This document shows, in pieces, positions 24,684 through 35,504 of a stretch of 64,000 nt of DNA. Made by a program: the position numbers and the translations under genes. The notes beneath the pieces were generated by a model. It did no database searches and was not told the origin of the DNA. It was given only the letters and a program-made list of their open reading frames with translations. Source of the stretch: Sphyrna mokarran. Taxonomy: Eukaryota. The stretch is from the NCBI GenBank assembly GCA_024679065.1, contig JAGIQG010000004.1, positions 99,944,001-100,008,000 of the forward strand. The letters run 5' to 3'. Every line of letters starts with the position of its first letter. Positions within the stretch are counted from its first letter, which is position 1.

Positions 24684-25724
24684 AGGTATCAAGTTTCTAG
24701 TTGATTGATGAATTATTGAAAATTAACTGTTTGTGAGGGAACTAACATAATTCATTTCTGACTGTCCCGTTTACTTGTCTCTTGATTTTACAGGTTTATT
24801 TTGCTCCAATACTACATTATAAACATCTTCAATCCTGGATATTTCTGTGATCATCGTTAAAATTGGCAAACTAAGATACAAGAATATTTTATCTAAACGG
24901 CAAAAAAATCCTTCATTGTTTTAATGTGGGTTGTCCATATTCTTCAATAATCCAATCTATCTACAGATTGCAACCGAACTGAGCATCATTGTTAGAAGTA
25001 ACAAAGTTATAAATAAACAGATGGGCCACTGCAGGCTGGTTCACAGGTTCAAGACTCACTCACTCCGTGGTGGATTATTAAATACGACGCGCTACTACCA
25101 TCTTTGATGCGTGATTTAACAGAGACACTTGTGAGCCTCTTATCGATATTAAAAAGCACTCAGCCTTTAATTCCTTGGGTAGAACATTAAGGCTGATGAA
25201 TAACAAAGTCTCTTAGTGCAAATGACTTGTTAAATGAAAGAAACAGACTAAAAATGACAGCTATATCACATGATGACTGGTAATTTATCCTCATGTCCCT
25301 CCAGTCATTACTGTTTATATCTTTTAACTTGATTTAAGCTATAGTATACCACCAGAAACAATTTCATGTAATATTTGGGAGGATTTTGAACAGTTATACA
25401 GACACTGGATGCTATATACAAAACAATAATATGGCAACTGTAAAGTACGTGAACCAGATAATATCAAAACAGCTGTTAGCATCAATGAGTTACAGAATTA
25501 TTTTCCCTATAAGATAAGGGAAATTGGCAAGTCATTAAACATTGGTAGTATTCAATTTCTTCAGAGTGGAAACATAGCAGTAGAAAAACAGCATTAAAAA
25601 ATCAATCTTCATTTATATTCAAGATAAAAATGGAATTGAAAATCAAAATGAGCTTTGGATGGAAATAGTTGTGGCATTAAAAGGTTTTCAAATGTTCTGC
25701 TGCGACTGTCATTTACGGTACCAA

Positions 25725-26410
25725 CTCTTTCACTGGATATGGGCATTGCTGGCCAGACAGCGTTTGTTGCTGCCCCCAATTACTCTTGACCTGAATGGCC
25801 CAACTGGGCCATTTCAAAGAGCAGTTAGGTATCTGCATGGGTTTCCTCTAGGTGCTCTGGTTTCCCATCTCAGTCTGAACGATGTACTGGTTAAATACAT
25901 TAGCCATACTAAATTTTCCCTTATTGTACACAAACAGTTGTTGGAGTGTGTGACTAGGGCATTTTTTCAGTAACTTCATTACAGTAATATAAGCCTCCTT
26001 GCAACTAATAAATAAAATTTTAAAAAAATGTATTGTCAAGCAGAATCAAAAAGCAGCAATGTTAAGCCATTAAAAATGTGGAGTGCCAACGATAAATTCT
26101 TCAGGAATACAAGAAATAGTGGTGTGGGAGTGTGAAGGGAAGCTACTGCAGATGATTAATGTGAATCTAGAGTCCCATGTAGGCCAAACCAGGTAAGGAT
26201 GACAGATTTCCTTCCCTGAAGGAGATGCATGAAGCAGATGGATTTTTACGACAATTGATGATAATTTCATGGTGACAATCACTGCAGCAAGCCTTCAATT
26301 CCAGATTTTGTTCATTGAGTTTAAAATTCACCTGCTGCCATGGTGGGATTTAATCCTGTTTCCCTAGAGAATTAGTCAGAAGCTTCTGTAATACTAAACC
26401 AGTGACATTT
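25725..26410 (-). mobile_element. SINE type C, interrupted at ~25828-26157
   Basis: Reverse complement of tail (GGGCATTGCTGGCCAG), body (GTAGGCCAAACCAGGTAAGGA) and B-box region (GGTGGGATTTAATCC). Confidence 0.78.
25828..26157 (+). repeat. Direct copy of ~27045-27357 (3' part of type B V-SINE plus unique 3' flank)
   Basis: Both copies continue past the SINE tail with TATTGTCAAGCAGAATCA.AAAGCAGCAA..TTAAGCCATT.AAAATGTGG...GGTGTGGGAGTG. Confidence 0.88.
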
Positions 26411-26479
26411 CCATATTTAATCAGGGAATCTCAAGAATTAGAGGAATGTGGAACCCTTGGAGAGCCATGGATGGAAAGT

Positions 26480-26720
26480 GGTTACAGAGATAGGGAAGGT
26501 TGGGGGCATGAAGATGAGAATTTTAAAATGAATGCATTGTTTAAAAAGTAGCCAATGTAAGACATTGAGCAGTAGAGTGATGTGGAAATAGATGCAAGTT
26601 GGGACATGAACAGCAGAGCTTTGGAAGCACTGAAGTCTCTGGCAATTCTTACAAAGAAACAGCAGAGTTGATTATGTCTGTACTTAGTTATCACGCGACC
26701 ATAGTGGAGTAAAGGCATCT
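26480..26720 (-). mobile_element. Old L2 LINE fragment
   Basis: GTTACAGAGATAGGGAAGG...GATGAGAATTTTAAAATG resembles the reverse complement of L2 ORF2 C-terminus (FKIL...PYLCN). Confidence 0.55.
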
Positions 26721-26967
26721 CAGTAACAATGGTCATCTTGGCCAAGAATGACTTTACAAGCCCTTTTCTGAACACTTTCAAACTGCTGGGTATATTTATT
26801 TAGACATATCTAAAATGGGATGTACATATCAATTCTACTCTTAAATAAGCTAACTACAATCTGTACGAACAATGGAAACTGAAATATCATTCTCTCTTAA
26901 ACAATGATTCAGTAATTATTTCCACATAGATTTTTGATACCTTCTTGGAATATAGGACACCTGTGTT

Positions 26968-27225
26968 AAGGGCAGCACTGTGGCACAGTGGTTAGTACTG
27001 CTTCCTCACAGCATAAGTATCCTAGGTTCGATTCCTGTCTGTGCATGTGTCTAAATGGGTTTCCATCTCATTCCGAAAGATGTGCTGGTTAAATGCATTA
27101 GCCACGCTAAATTTTCCCTTAGTGTCCACAAACAGGTGCTAGAGTATGGTGAGTAGGGCATTTTCTCAGTAACTTCATTGAAGTGTTAATGTAAGCCTTC
27201 TTGTGACTAATAAATAAAATTTTAA
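26968..27225 (+). mobile_element. V-SINE type B with internal deletions
   Basis: Head GGGCAGCACTGTGGCACAGTGGTTAG, B-box GGTTCGATTCC, type B tail. Confidence 0.87.
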
Positions 27226-28720
27226 AAACCATATTGTCAAGCAGAATCACAAAGCAGCAACATTAAGCCATTGAAAATGTGGGTTGCCAAGATAAATTCT
27301 TGAGAAATTCAAGAAATAATGGTGTGGGAGTGGGAAGACTACCTATTGCAGGTGATTCTCTGGCAATGATTGAAGCTCAACACAATATTCTCATTGAATC
27401 TTTAAAAAAATCACATAGTTTTGAATTTGATTTTAATTTACATTTTGATTTCCCCTTCAAGGGCACCCTGTAGCTTGTCAATCAAATGCAGCAAAAGCAC
27501 CGCACCCAAAGACGGTCCTACCAAAGCTAAATTTTTAACATTCATCACCATGCTAGAAGGCTGGGCGAGATTGAAGGAGCAAAACAATCTCATTCAGACA
27601 ATTGTCAGAAGTTTTTAGATCCCTCCTTTCAGTGAGGTGAATATCTTCTCCCATAATCTTCAAAGTATCTTCATAGAGACTAGCAAATGGGCTAAGGAGA
27701 CTCCAAATTAAGTTAACCATATCAATTTAGTCCTTTACATGTCACATCCTTATTTTGAATCAGACTGTGAGTAGTTACATTTTAACGTTTCATATTTCTT
27801 CCAACATGTTTCATTTCCCCTTACTCTGTCCAACCCCTTCCCTCAGATAAAGCATGCTATTATCTATCAGAGAAAAAATGCACTGTTGGGTTCAATACGA
27901 AGCTAACACAATTTCCACTGCGTGCAGTTAGAAGTTCCAGTTTATTGAAACATGCGAAAATAAATTAACTTTAATCTACTTTTGATCAATGTTAATTAAT
28001 CTGAAAAGTTGGAGGGGGGGTGGAGCGCTGAGTTTTCTCAGGTGTTGAACACATGTTTAGAGCTTAGGATAATGGGAATATTTGGGAAGAAAAGCCATGG
28101 AACTGGTATCTCAATATTGTCACACCCCCTTCCATCTTTTGCCCAAGGGTTCCTGATTTGAAAAGCATCTCATTGTTTATGCAAAAACTAAGGTGGAAAT
28201 GGTCCTCCTGTTATCTTTGCTTTCTACTCCACAGATGATGCTTTGGACCTGCTGAGTATTTCCAGAATTTGCTGGCTTTTCTTCCTCAAACTTCCACCAT
28301 CTGCAATGTTTTGCTATTGTATGAATCCACTTCCAACAGATATGTGAGAATTTGGATGTTTTTCTAGAGATATTACGCTTAGAGCAAGTTTAAGTTGTCA
28401 GCTGTGAAGTACAGTGAACAGAATTGATCCAAATACATGATAGTTATATTCAAGTGATAATATCATGCATAACAGCCCTAAATTGGGTCACTCAGGTTAT
28501 GTTAAACCACATTTGCTGTCATTTCTGAAAATACTGCCTTTAATCTTTGCTTGCCCCATTTCTGGAATCTGTGTTGTCTGTTACATTTTTATTCCTTCCT
28601 GACCAGTTTTATTTTGTAGCTCCAGTCTCAGTGGATATTGACAGGCCTGAGCAGTCAACTCATCTTACATTTCACCACTTAAAAAAAACTATTATTTTAA
28701 TAGAACCACTGCATCAATAT

Positions 28721-29168
28721 GGGCCGGCACAGTGTTGGGGTGGTCAGCGCTGTTGCTTTACAGCTCCAGGGACCTGTGCTCAATTTCAACCTTGGGGACT
28801 GAGTGTGTGGAGTTTGCATGTTCTTAGTGTGTCTGTGTGGGTTTCCAGTTTCTGAGTGTTCCGCTTTCCTCCTTCAGCCCAGAAACATATGGGTTATGTC
28901 GATTGACCATGCTAATTCATCCTTCGAGTGGGATTTTCCAGCTCGATCCAAGACAGGAAAATGCCGCCCGAAGTCAATAGATCATTACATGGTCCGTATC
29001 TCTTCTGTTATGATTCCTGTAGCAGTCAGGATGAGAAAATTCTGCCCTTAATATCTGGGGGATTAACAGTGTAAATATGTGGGGTTACGGAGACAGGACC
29101 TGAGTGGATTTATTGTCAAGGTAGGATCGATAGGCAGAATGGTTTCCTGCAATGTAGGAATTCTATGA
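28721..29168 (+). mobile_element. V-SINE type A containing a MITE
   Basis: Head and V core 28721-28925, tail 29048-29168. Confidence 0.87.
28926..29047. mobile_element. 122-bp MITE inside V-SINE
   Basis: TIRs GAGTGGGATTTTCC / GAGAAAATTCTGCCC; flanks TTC / TTA; homologous to 43458-43583. Confidence 0.85.
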
Positions 29169-31221
29169 AAGCCAGTCTGTGTTTTCACCGAATAAAATAT
29201 GGTTCATTTAATATTGACATGTTAGCTGCATTCCTCTTTGTGTGAATAAGTTAATACATAATTAATAATAACAGATATTTAAATCTCTATATGCATTACC
29301 TGGCCCAGCTAGTGCCTTAGAGTGATGTACTGACAAGCTAACATTTCACAAATACAATCTATTTTTGACATCTATTTTAACACATTTTTCAGACTCCCTT
29401 TGACATTATATGAAGTTACAAAATTCCTCTCAAAAGTGCAAAGAGGATGTTGTCAGATCATTCCCCTATTATATCTAGTGCTTGAAAATGGGTTCCATTA
29501 ACTGCAATGGAAGTGAACACTAGACACATAATATAATCTATGTGATACTGCTTGTTTTGATGCCATTGCCTAAGATGATGTTCAAGGATCAGGAAAACAT
29601 TTCATATGGAGGTCAGATGTACAAAACACTATTGCCATTTACACTCTGTCTACCTGAATGATCACAGGTTGTTTGTCACAAGCTATCATGGCTCAATTAA
29701 TACTCTTCTTTTGGAGCAAGCTCTGGGAGATCCAAATTGCTGAGCACAGCTGACAATGGTGCATACTTTGTTATTCAAACAACAAAATTCTACTCTTGCC
29801 CCTCTTCCCACCACCACCCACTCTTTCTGAGCCGTGCATTTTCCTCTACCTCATTAGCTGAAATCCCTGCTGTGGATATACCTGAACTGATGCTTGCAAG
29901 AGTGTTCATCTGTGAGGTACCGAGGCATGAACCACTTGGCTCTGGCACTGCTTCAGTGACACATCCAGAGATAGGAGAGAAACATATGTTACAATACCGT
30001 CATCATTACAATTATAAAATGAAATCTACAGCAGAATGAGTCACATTTTATTATGCTTCACTGTAAGCTTTGATAATAGTTAGTGGCTGATCAGGATAAG
30101 AAGGCAAGAAGAAAGGCAATGAGTAAGATAGTATTAACCTATTTCACTATCATTTAACTCTTCTGTACTTCTTCCCCATTTATTCAGAAAGGATCTTCTT
30201 AGCATTGTTCAACAGTCATAAGTCATGAGGTCTTCATCCTGTTCAGGTTACTCCAGCCTTGTGGGTGTAGCCTTCTCCACCAGACAGTACAGCAAAGATG
30301 AGCTGTTCTAATATAGATGATAGCCAATTATTGGCTGTTGTCACACATGAATGTATCATGCTGCTATATTCAAATGGATGAATTCCTTTAAGGGGGCTAT
30401 TGTGAAAATACTTACAATGAGAGATTTTTGGTTCAAAGCATATCATGCTACAGAATGGCCATGGCTGCTAACCTGTTGACTGAGACCCTTTCTCCAGTTG
30501 ATTAACAGTCAGAACATTGTTATTTTTGAATCATGTCACTTTTTTATTAAACAGAAGATAAAACCCCAATGCCAAATCACTACTGTAACCTGTTTAAAAA
30601 CACATAAATAATTTGACTTCCCTTCTCTATCACTACAAATTCCTCAGCACAGGTTTAAACAAACAATACATATTTAATGACTTCTAGTGAAAATATGCAG
30701 ACGTCACCACCTAATCATGCTGGCCAGGTATGAAAGATGATCATACCCTGTCTTCAAGCCCAAAAATCTTGAGGCTTCCTTCCATGATTGTTCTTATAGG
30801 TTATCACTGGTAAGTCTGCGACAATATTTATATCTTCCTTGATCAGATATTGCATAGCTGCTTTCATTCCTCTGTTCCAATAGTTTACTATAGATGTCCA
30901 TGTTAATGGCCTCCCATCTGTCACAACCATTATCTCCTACCATTCTTGTGAAAGGGGATTGTTTACAACCATTTGTTCATTTCACATCTCCGGCACCTCA
31001 AGCTGATAACAATCACCTTTTGAAGTCCAGACATCCTGCTGCCTTATATCCTGTGGCAGAACTGCCTGTGATTCCTTGAAGTATCTCTATAACTGGGCTA
31101 CACTGCCCATCAACCTTCAGTATCTTTGTTTAGCCAATTTACTATCAAAATTTAGATCAGGGCCACAAATCAGGATACTATAAGATATTGTGAGACACAA
31201 AACATTGTGCCTTATATACTT

Positions 31222-31780
31222 TAGAAACATAGGAACAACAGGAGGTTATTCAGCATATTTCAATATTCAATAAGCTCATGGCTGATTTATATCTACCTCC
31301 CATGGCTCGACAACCCTCAATTATCTTGATTAGCAATGCTCAATCCATCTCAGACTTCAAAATATTAATTGAGTTAATGCCTATGATTTTCATGATGCTG
31401 GCATTGGACTGGGGTAAACTCAGTAAGATGTCTGACAAAACCAATTTTAAATCCAACCGATTTATTTGATAGTAAACCTGCTAGCTTTTGGCCTTTATAG
31501 CCTTTGTCAGGTGAATGAGGTGTTCTGGTCTGCAATAGCACACATATCAGAGCTGATATGTGTGCTATTGCAGACTAGAGCACCTCATTCACCTGACGAA
31601 GGCTACAAAGGCCAAAAGCTAGCAAGTTTACTATCAAATAAATCGGTTGGATTTAAAATTGGTGTTGTCAGACGTCTTACTATGATTTTCATGTCAGGGT
31701 TTCACGCTTCTACCACTGTTTGTGCGAAGAAATCTTTCCTAATTTCTCTCCCGAATGGTTTGGCATTTACTTTAAAGTCC
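31222..31780 (-). mobile_element. Old CR1 3' fragment hosting the Penelope-like palindrome
   Basis: AGAAACATAGGAACAACAGGAGG tail in reverse complement; continues ...CTACCACTGTTTGTGCGAAGAAATCTTTCC after the insertion. Confidence 0.7.
31395..31679. mobile_element. Penelope-like inverted pLTR palindrome with hammerhead-ribozyme-like motif in each arm
   Basis: Arms 31422-31550 / 31553-31681 (129 bp, 7 mismatches, no indels, 2-nt loop); 14-bp TSD CTATGATTTTCATG (31381-31394, 31680-31693); CAC-CTGACGA-AGGC...GCC-AAAAGCTA at 31590-31621. Confidence 0.88.
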
Positions 31781-31783
31781 TGG

Positions 31784-32336
31784 TGTAATGTGAAATTTAA
31801 GTACACAGACTGCACAAAGGTTAAAAAAAATCCTATATTCCACTGGCATTAAAGCTGTATGAATTCCTCCAGGGAAAGCTTAACTTCAAGAAATGTATTA
31901 TTTATAGTCAATATTCATGAGCAATGTTCCAGATTTTTCCTATTTTTGCCTTTGATAACTCAATGCAGTGACTCACCAAACTTGAACTGCTGCTCTGGCC
32001 CTTTGCTGCTACTTTTCTCTCCTTCTTCTCCTCAAGGTTTCTTTGACTCAAGTGTGCGGTCAGTAAGCCTGACTACATCACCAGTTTTACTTCCTGGCTC
32101 TTTAGCCACCCACAGAGCTTCAAGCTGCCCTATTCATGACCTTTGCTCCCACCACACTGCTACTGAAGTGCTAAACTTGTCTTTGTTGCTTTCTCTCTTG
32201 CCTTATGGCTTAGGCTCTGCCCCTCAGCTTGTCAAAGACTCTGCTCCCTGCAGTGAGAAGCCCACAGGGGTCAACCAGTTTCCCTACTCAGTTCTTTCCC
32301 TCAAAATTGACACCTGCTGCTGGAGGCTTCACTACA
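31784..32336. mobile_element. Possible solo LTR
   Basis: TGTAATG...CACTACA termini form a short inverted repeat; no clear TSD. Confidence 0.35.
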
Positions 32337-32339
32337 TAA

Positions 32340-32783
32340 GGGCAAGATTTTTATGAAGTTTACAATGACAGCTGGGACCCAGATCTTACGCCTATTTCTG
32401 AAAGATCCCATTTCTGATGGCAGAGATAAAGCATGAGTCATACAGGTGAGCAATCTGAACTTGACAGGGCCAGTTGAAATTAATATTGAGTTCAAACAAC
32501 CCAATTTTCTCTTTTCCAAGGATCTTAACTAATGCTGAGGAAATGGTTAAGGGGGTAGTGTTGGAGTATGAACCACAGAGAACCGAGATACTTCTGACCA
32601 GTCAATCTCATCTGTCATTTACCTCCATGGCCACTTACAAAATGCTTCCAGGATCAGTAAGCACATCTATAGCCCATCTCCATGAATGAAAATGGGATTT
32701 GACAGGACCATTTGAACATAGCTCTGCTGAGTCAGAAATTTTACTGACTTGAGTTTCCCACTTTGGTAGCTGAAATCTGGTCT
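32340..32783. mobile_element. Degenerate Harbinger-type MITE
   Basis: TAA|GGGCAAGATTTT ... GAAATCTGGTCT|TTA. Confidence 0.45.
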
Positions 32784-33886
32784 TTAAATATTCCCTACAG
32801 CAATAACGTTTGGGTTGTTAGTTGATATGAGACCAGGGAGAGATCAGCCATGATCTGATTGAATGGCAAAGCAAACTCAAAGAGCTGAGTTGCCTATTCA
32901 TGCTCCTAATTCCTATGTTCCCAAGCAGATTTCTTGCATTGATCTTACTTATGTACACACACACATTAAGCTAAAGTAAGTTGTAGTCTTTGATTCTAAC
33001 ATAAAATCCATTTTCAGCCAGAAATCACAAAATGGGCAAAGAGTAACAAATACTAGTTTGTTTTTGAAAATTTTCAAGGTTTAAGATTATTCTTTTATTC
33101 ATATTTTATTCTGTTTGTCAAGTTGTGATTATTCAATCAGCAGTACAGTCACGTAACCAGAATGTTGTGCGTCTTTATTAGCTCGACACTTCCTTGTGTC
33201 TTCATTCCTTTCCTTTCTGGCTATATCAACCTGTCATTAGGAATGGTTCAGATATCTAAATGGGTACCACGCTAGTAAGGCAGTTTCAAATAAAAGCTGC
33301 AGGAAAGAATGAGTAACTGGTTTTGTTTCAAATTTTTACAAGACTGATTTATAATAAATTCAAATGTAACAATGCTGTGATAGATCCTACTCCTTTGCTC
33401 AGCATGTCCTTCAGGCTACATTCAGAGGCTACACTCCATTAAATCCTGTCTTTAGCTGAAAAATAATGCAAAACTTTCAATACATTTTGATGGAGAAAAC
33501 ATAATTAAATGGGAAAGCTTGTTCCAATCTATTGCTGAGCCCATCAGTAAAAGCTGACTATAATATCCAAATGTCAAAGCTAGAATATATATAGCAATAG
33601 ATGATATTTTTATATTGGTTATGCTGTCTTATGGCAGGTCATAGCCAACATTAGAATGAAAAGAAATGTTACTGCACCTCAAAAAATTATTGTGATGAAC
33701 GTTAACTGATATGGTATAATTCTGATATGTATAATTTTGTGTTTGGCCTGAGTTAAGACTTTAAAAAAATACTAAACTTCATGATTTTCCTGAAACAGAA
33801 TGCTTTTCCTCCCAAAGAATTTATTTATCAAACCTGATTGACTAAAAATTGCAAGTTTATATTTTGTTGATGAAATATTAAAAAGA

Positions 33887-34396
33887 AGACTAAGGAAATG
33901 TGGCATGTCCAATATGATTCTCACCAACGTTTGCAGATGCACCATAGAAAGCATTCTTTCTGGTTATATCACAGCCTGGTATGGCTCCTGATCTGTCCAA
34001 GACTGCAAGAAACTATAAAGGGTCGTGGATGAAGCCCAGTCCATCATGCAAACCAGCCTCCCATCCATTAACTCTGTCTACACTTCCCACCGCCTTGGCA
34101 AAGTAGCCAGCATAATTAAGGACATCTTGCACCCGAACATTCTCACTTCCACCTTCTTCTATCAGGAAAAAGATACAAAAGTCTGAGGTCATGTATCATC
34201 CAACTCAAGAACAGTTTCTTCCCTGCTGCTGTCAGACTTCTGAATGAACCTACCTCATAGTAGGTTAATCTTTCTCGACACTTAGCTATGATAATAACAC
34301 TATATTCTGCATTCTCTAGTTTCCTTCTCTATGAATGGTATGCTTTGTCTATATAGCATGAAAGAAACAATACTTTTCACTATATACTAATACATG
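33887..34396 (+). mobile_element. Rex1/Babar-type LINE 3' fragment
   Basis: Translates RLRKCGMSNMILTNVCRCTIESILSGYITAWYGS*SVQDCKKL*RVV. Confidence 0.88.
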
Positions 34397-34552
34397 ACCC
34401 TACACGACACCCCAGTTCCCAACCCATGCAACCCCACCCCCTCCCAACCCAATCCCCCTGACCAGCCAGGCCAAATACAATTCACATATCTAGATGCTTA
34501 CCTTCATCCTGGCCTGTCAATTTCATTCGGCTCTTTAAACTGACTATGGCAG

Positions 34553-35305
34553 GAATAATAAATGTGTGGAGTATAGGGCTAATGGTAGGATTCTTAGTAG
34601 TCTTGATGAACAGAGGGATCTTGGTATGTATGTGCATAGATCCCTGAAAGTAGGCAGTCAAGTCGAGAAGGTTGTTAAAAAGGCATATGGAGTCTTAGCT
34701 TTTATTGGTAGGGGGATTGAATTTCGGAGCCGCAACGTCATGTTGCAACTGTACAAAACTCTAGTGCGGCCGCACTTGGAGTATTGTGTGCAGTTCTGGT
34801 CCCCGCATTATAAGAAAGATGTGGAGGCATTGGAGAGGGTACAGAGGAGGTTTACCAGGATGTTGCCTGGTATGGAGGGCAGGTCTTATGAAGAGAGGCT
34901 GAGGGATTTGAGGTTGTTTTCGTTAGAAAGGAGGCGGCTAAGAGGGGACCTAATCGAAACATATAAGATGATTAGAGGTTTAGATAGGGTGGACAGTGAT
35001 AGCCTTTTTCCTAGGATGGAGAAAGCTAGCACGAGGGGACACAGCTTTAAATTAAGGGGTGATAGTTATAGGACGGATATCAGAGGTAGGTTCTTTACCC
35101 AAAGGGTGGTTCGGGAGTGGAATGCCCTGCCTGCAGCAGTTGTAGATGCGCCAAGTTTGGTGGCGTTTAAGAGGTTAGTTGATAAGTATATGGAAGAGAA
35201 GGGAATGGTTTAGTTTGGAGGGGCATTGCTTTTTATATTGGTCGGCGCAACATCGAAGGCCGAAGGGCCTGTTCTGTGCTGTAATGTTCTATGTTCTACG
35301 TTTTC
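34553..35305 (+). mobile_element. Young 5'-truncated CR1 LINE
   Basis: Open 215-aa ORF2 C-terminus (LYKTLVRPHLEYCVQFWSP...FFTQRVVREWNALP); tail with GTTCTAT-type repeats; TGGCAG direct repeat at 34547-34552 and 35306-35311. Confidence 0.95.
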
Positions 35306-35504
35306 TGGCAGCCAGTGCGATAGAAGAAAGTGGTGTGGTCCACCCTGAATTTGCTGGAGTTGCACCACTGTGGCCTGTACTGCATGCCCCAAGCAGTTCC
35401 AGCCTGCAGGAGGTTTGTACAAAATTTACAGAGCAGCTCAGTGCATTTTAAACTCTTGTAATTCCACAACTGGATGGAAGTTGTGGCCTGCAGAGTTCTC
35501 CCTA

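Noticed and set aside
24760-25135. Strong-looking splice acceptor (TTTTACAG|G at 24793) and nearby CpG cluster
   Set aside because: All three frames stop within about 22 codons and no convincing donor; a non-coding exon cannot be excluded but is unsupported.
30518-31204. Possible solo LTR
   Set aside because: Several alternative TG...CA ends and no TSD; boundaries cannot be fixed.
34566-35213. 215-aa ORF as a host gene
   Set aside because: It is the C-terminus of CR1 ORF2 in a 5'-truncated insertion.
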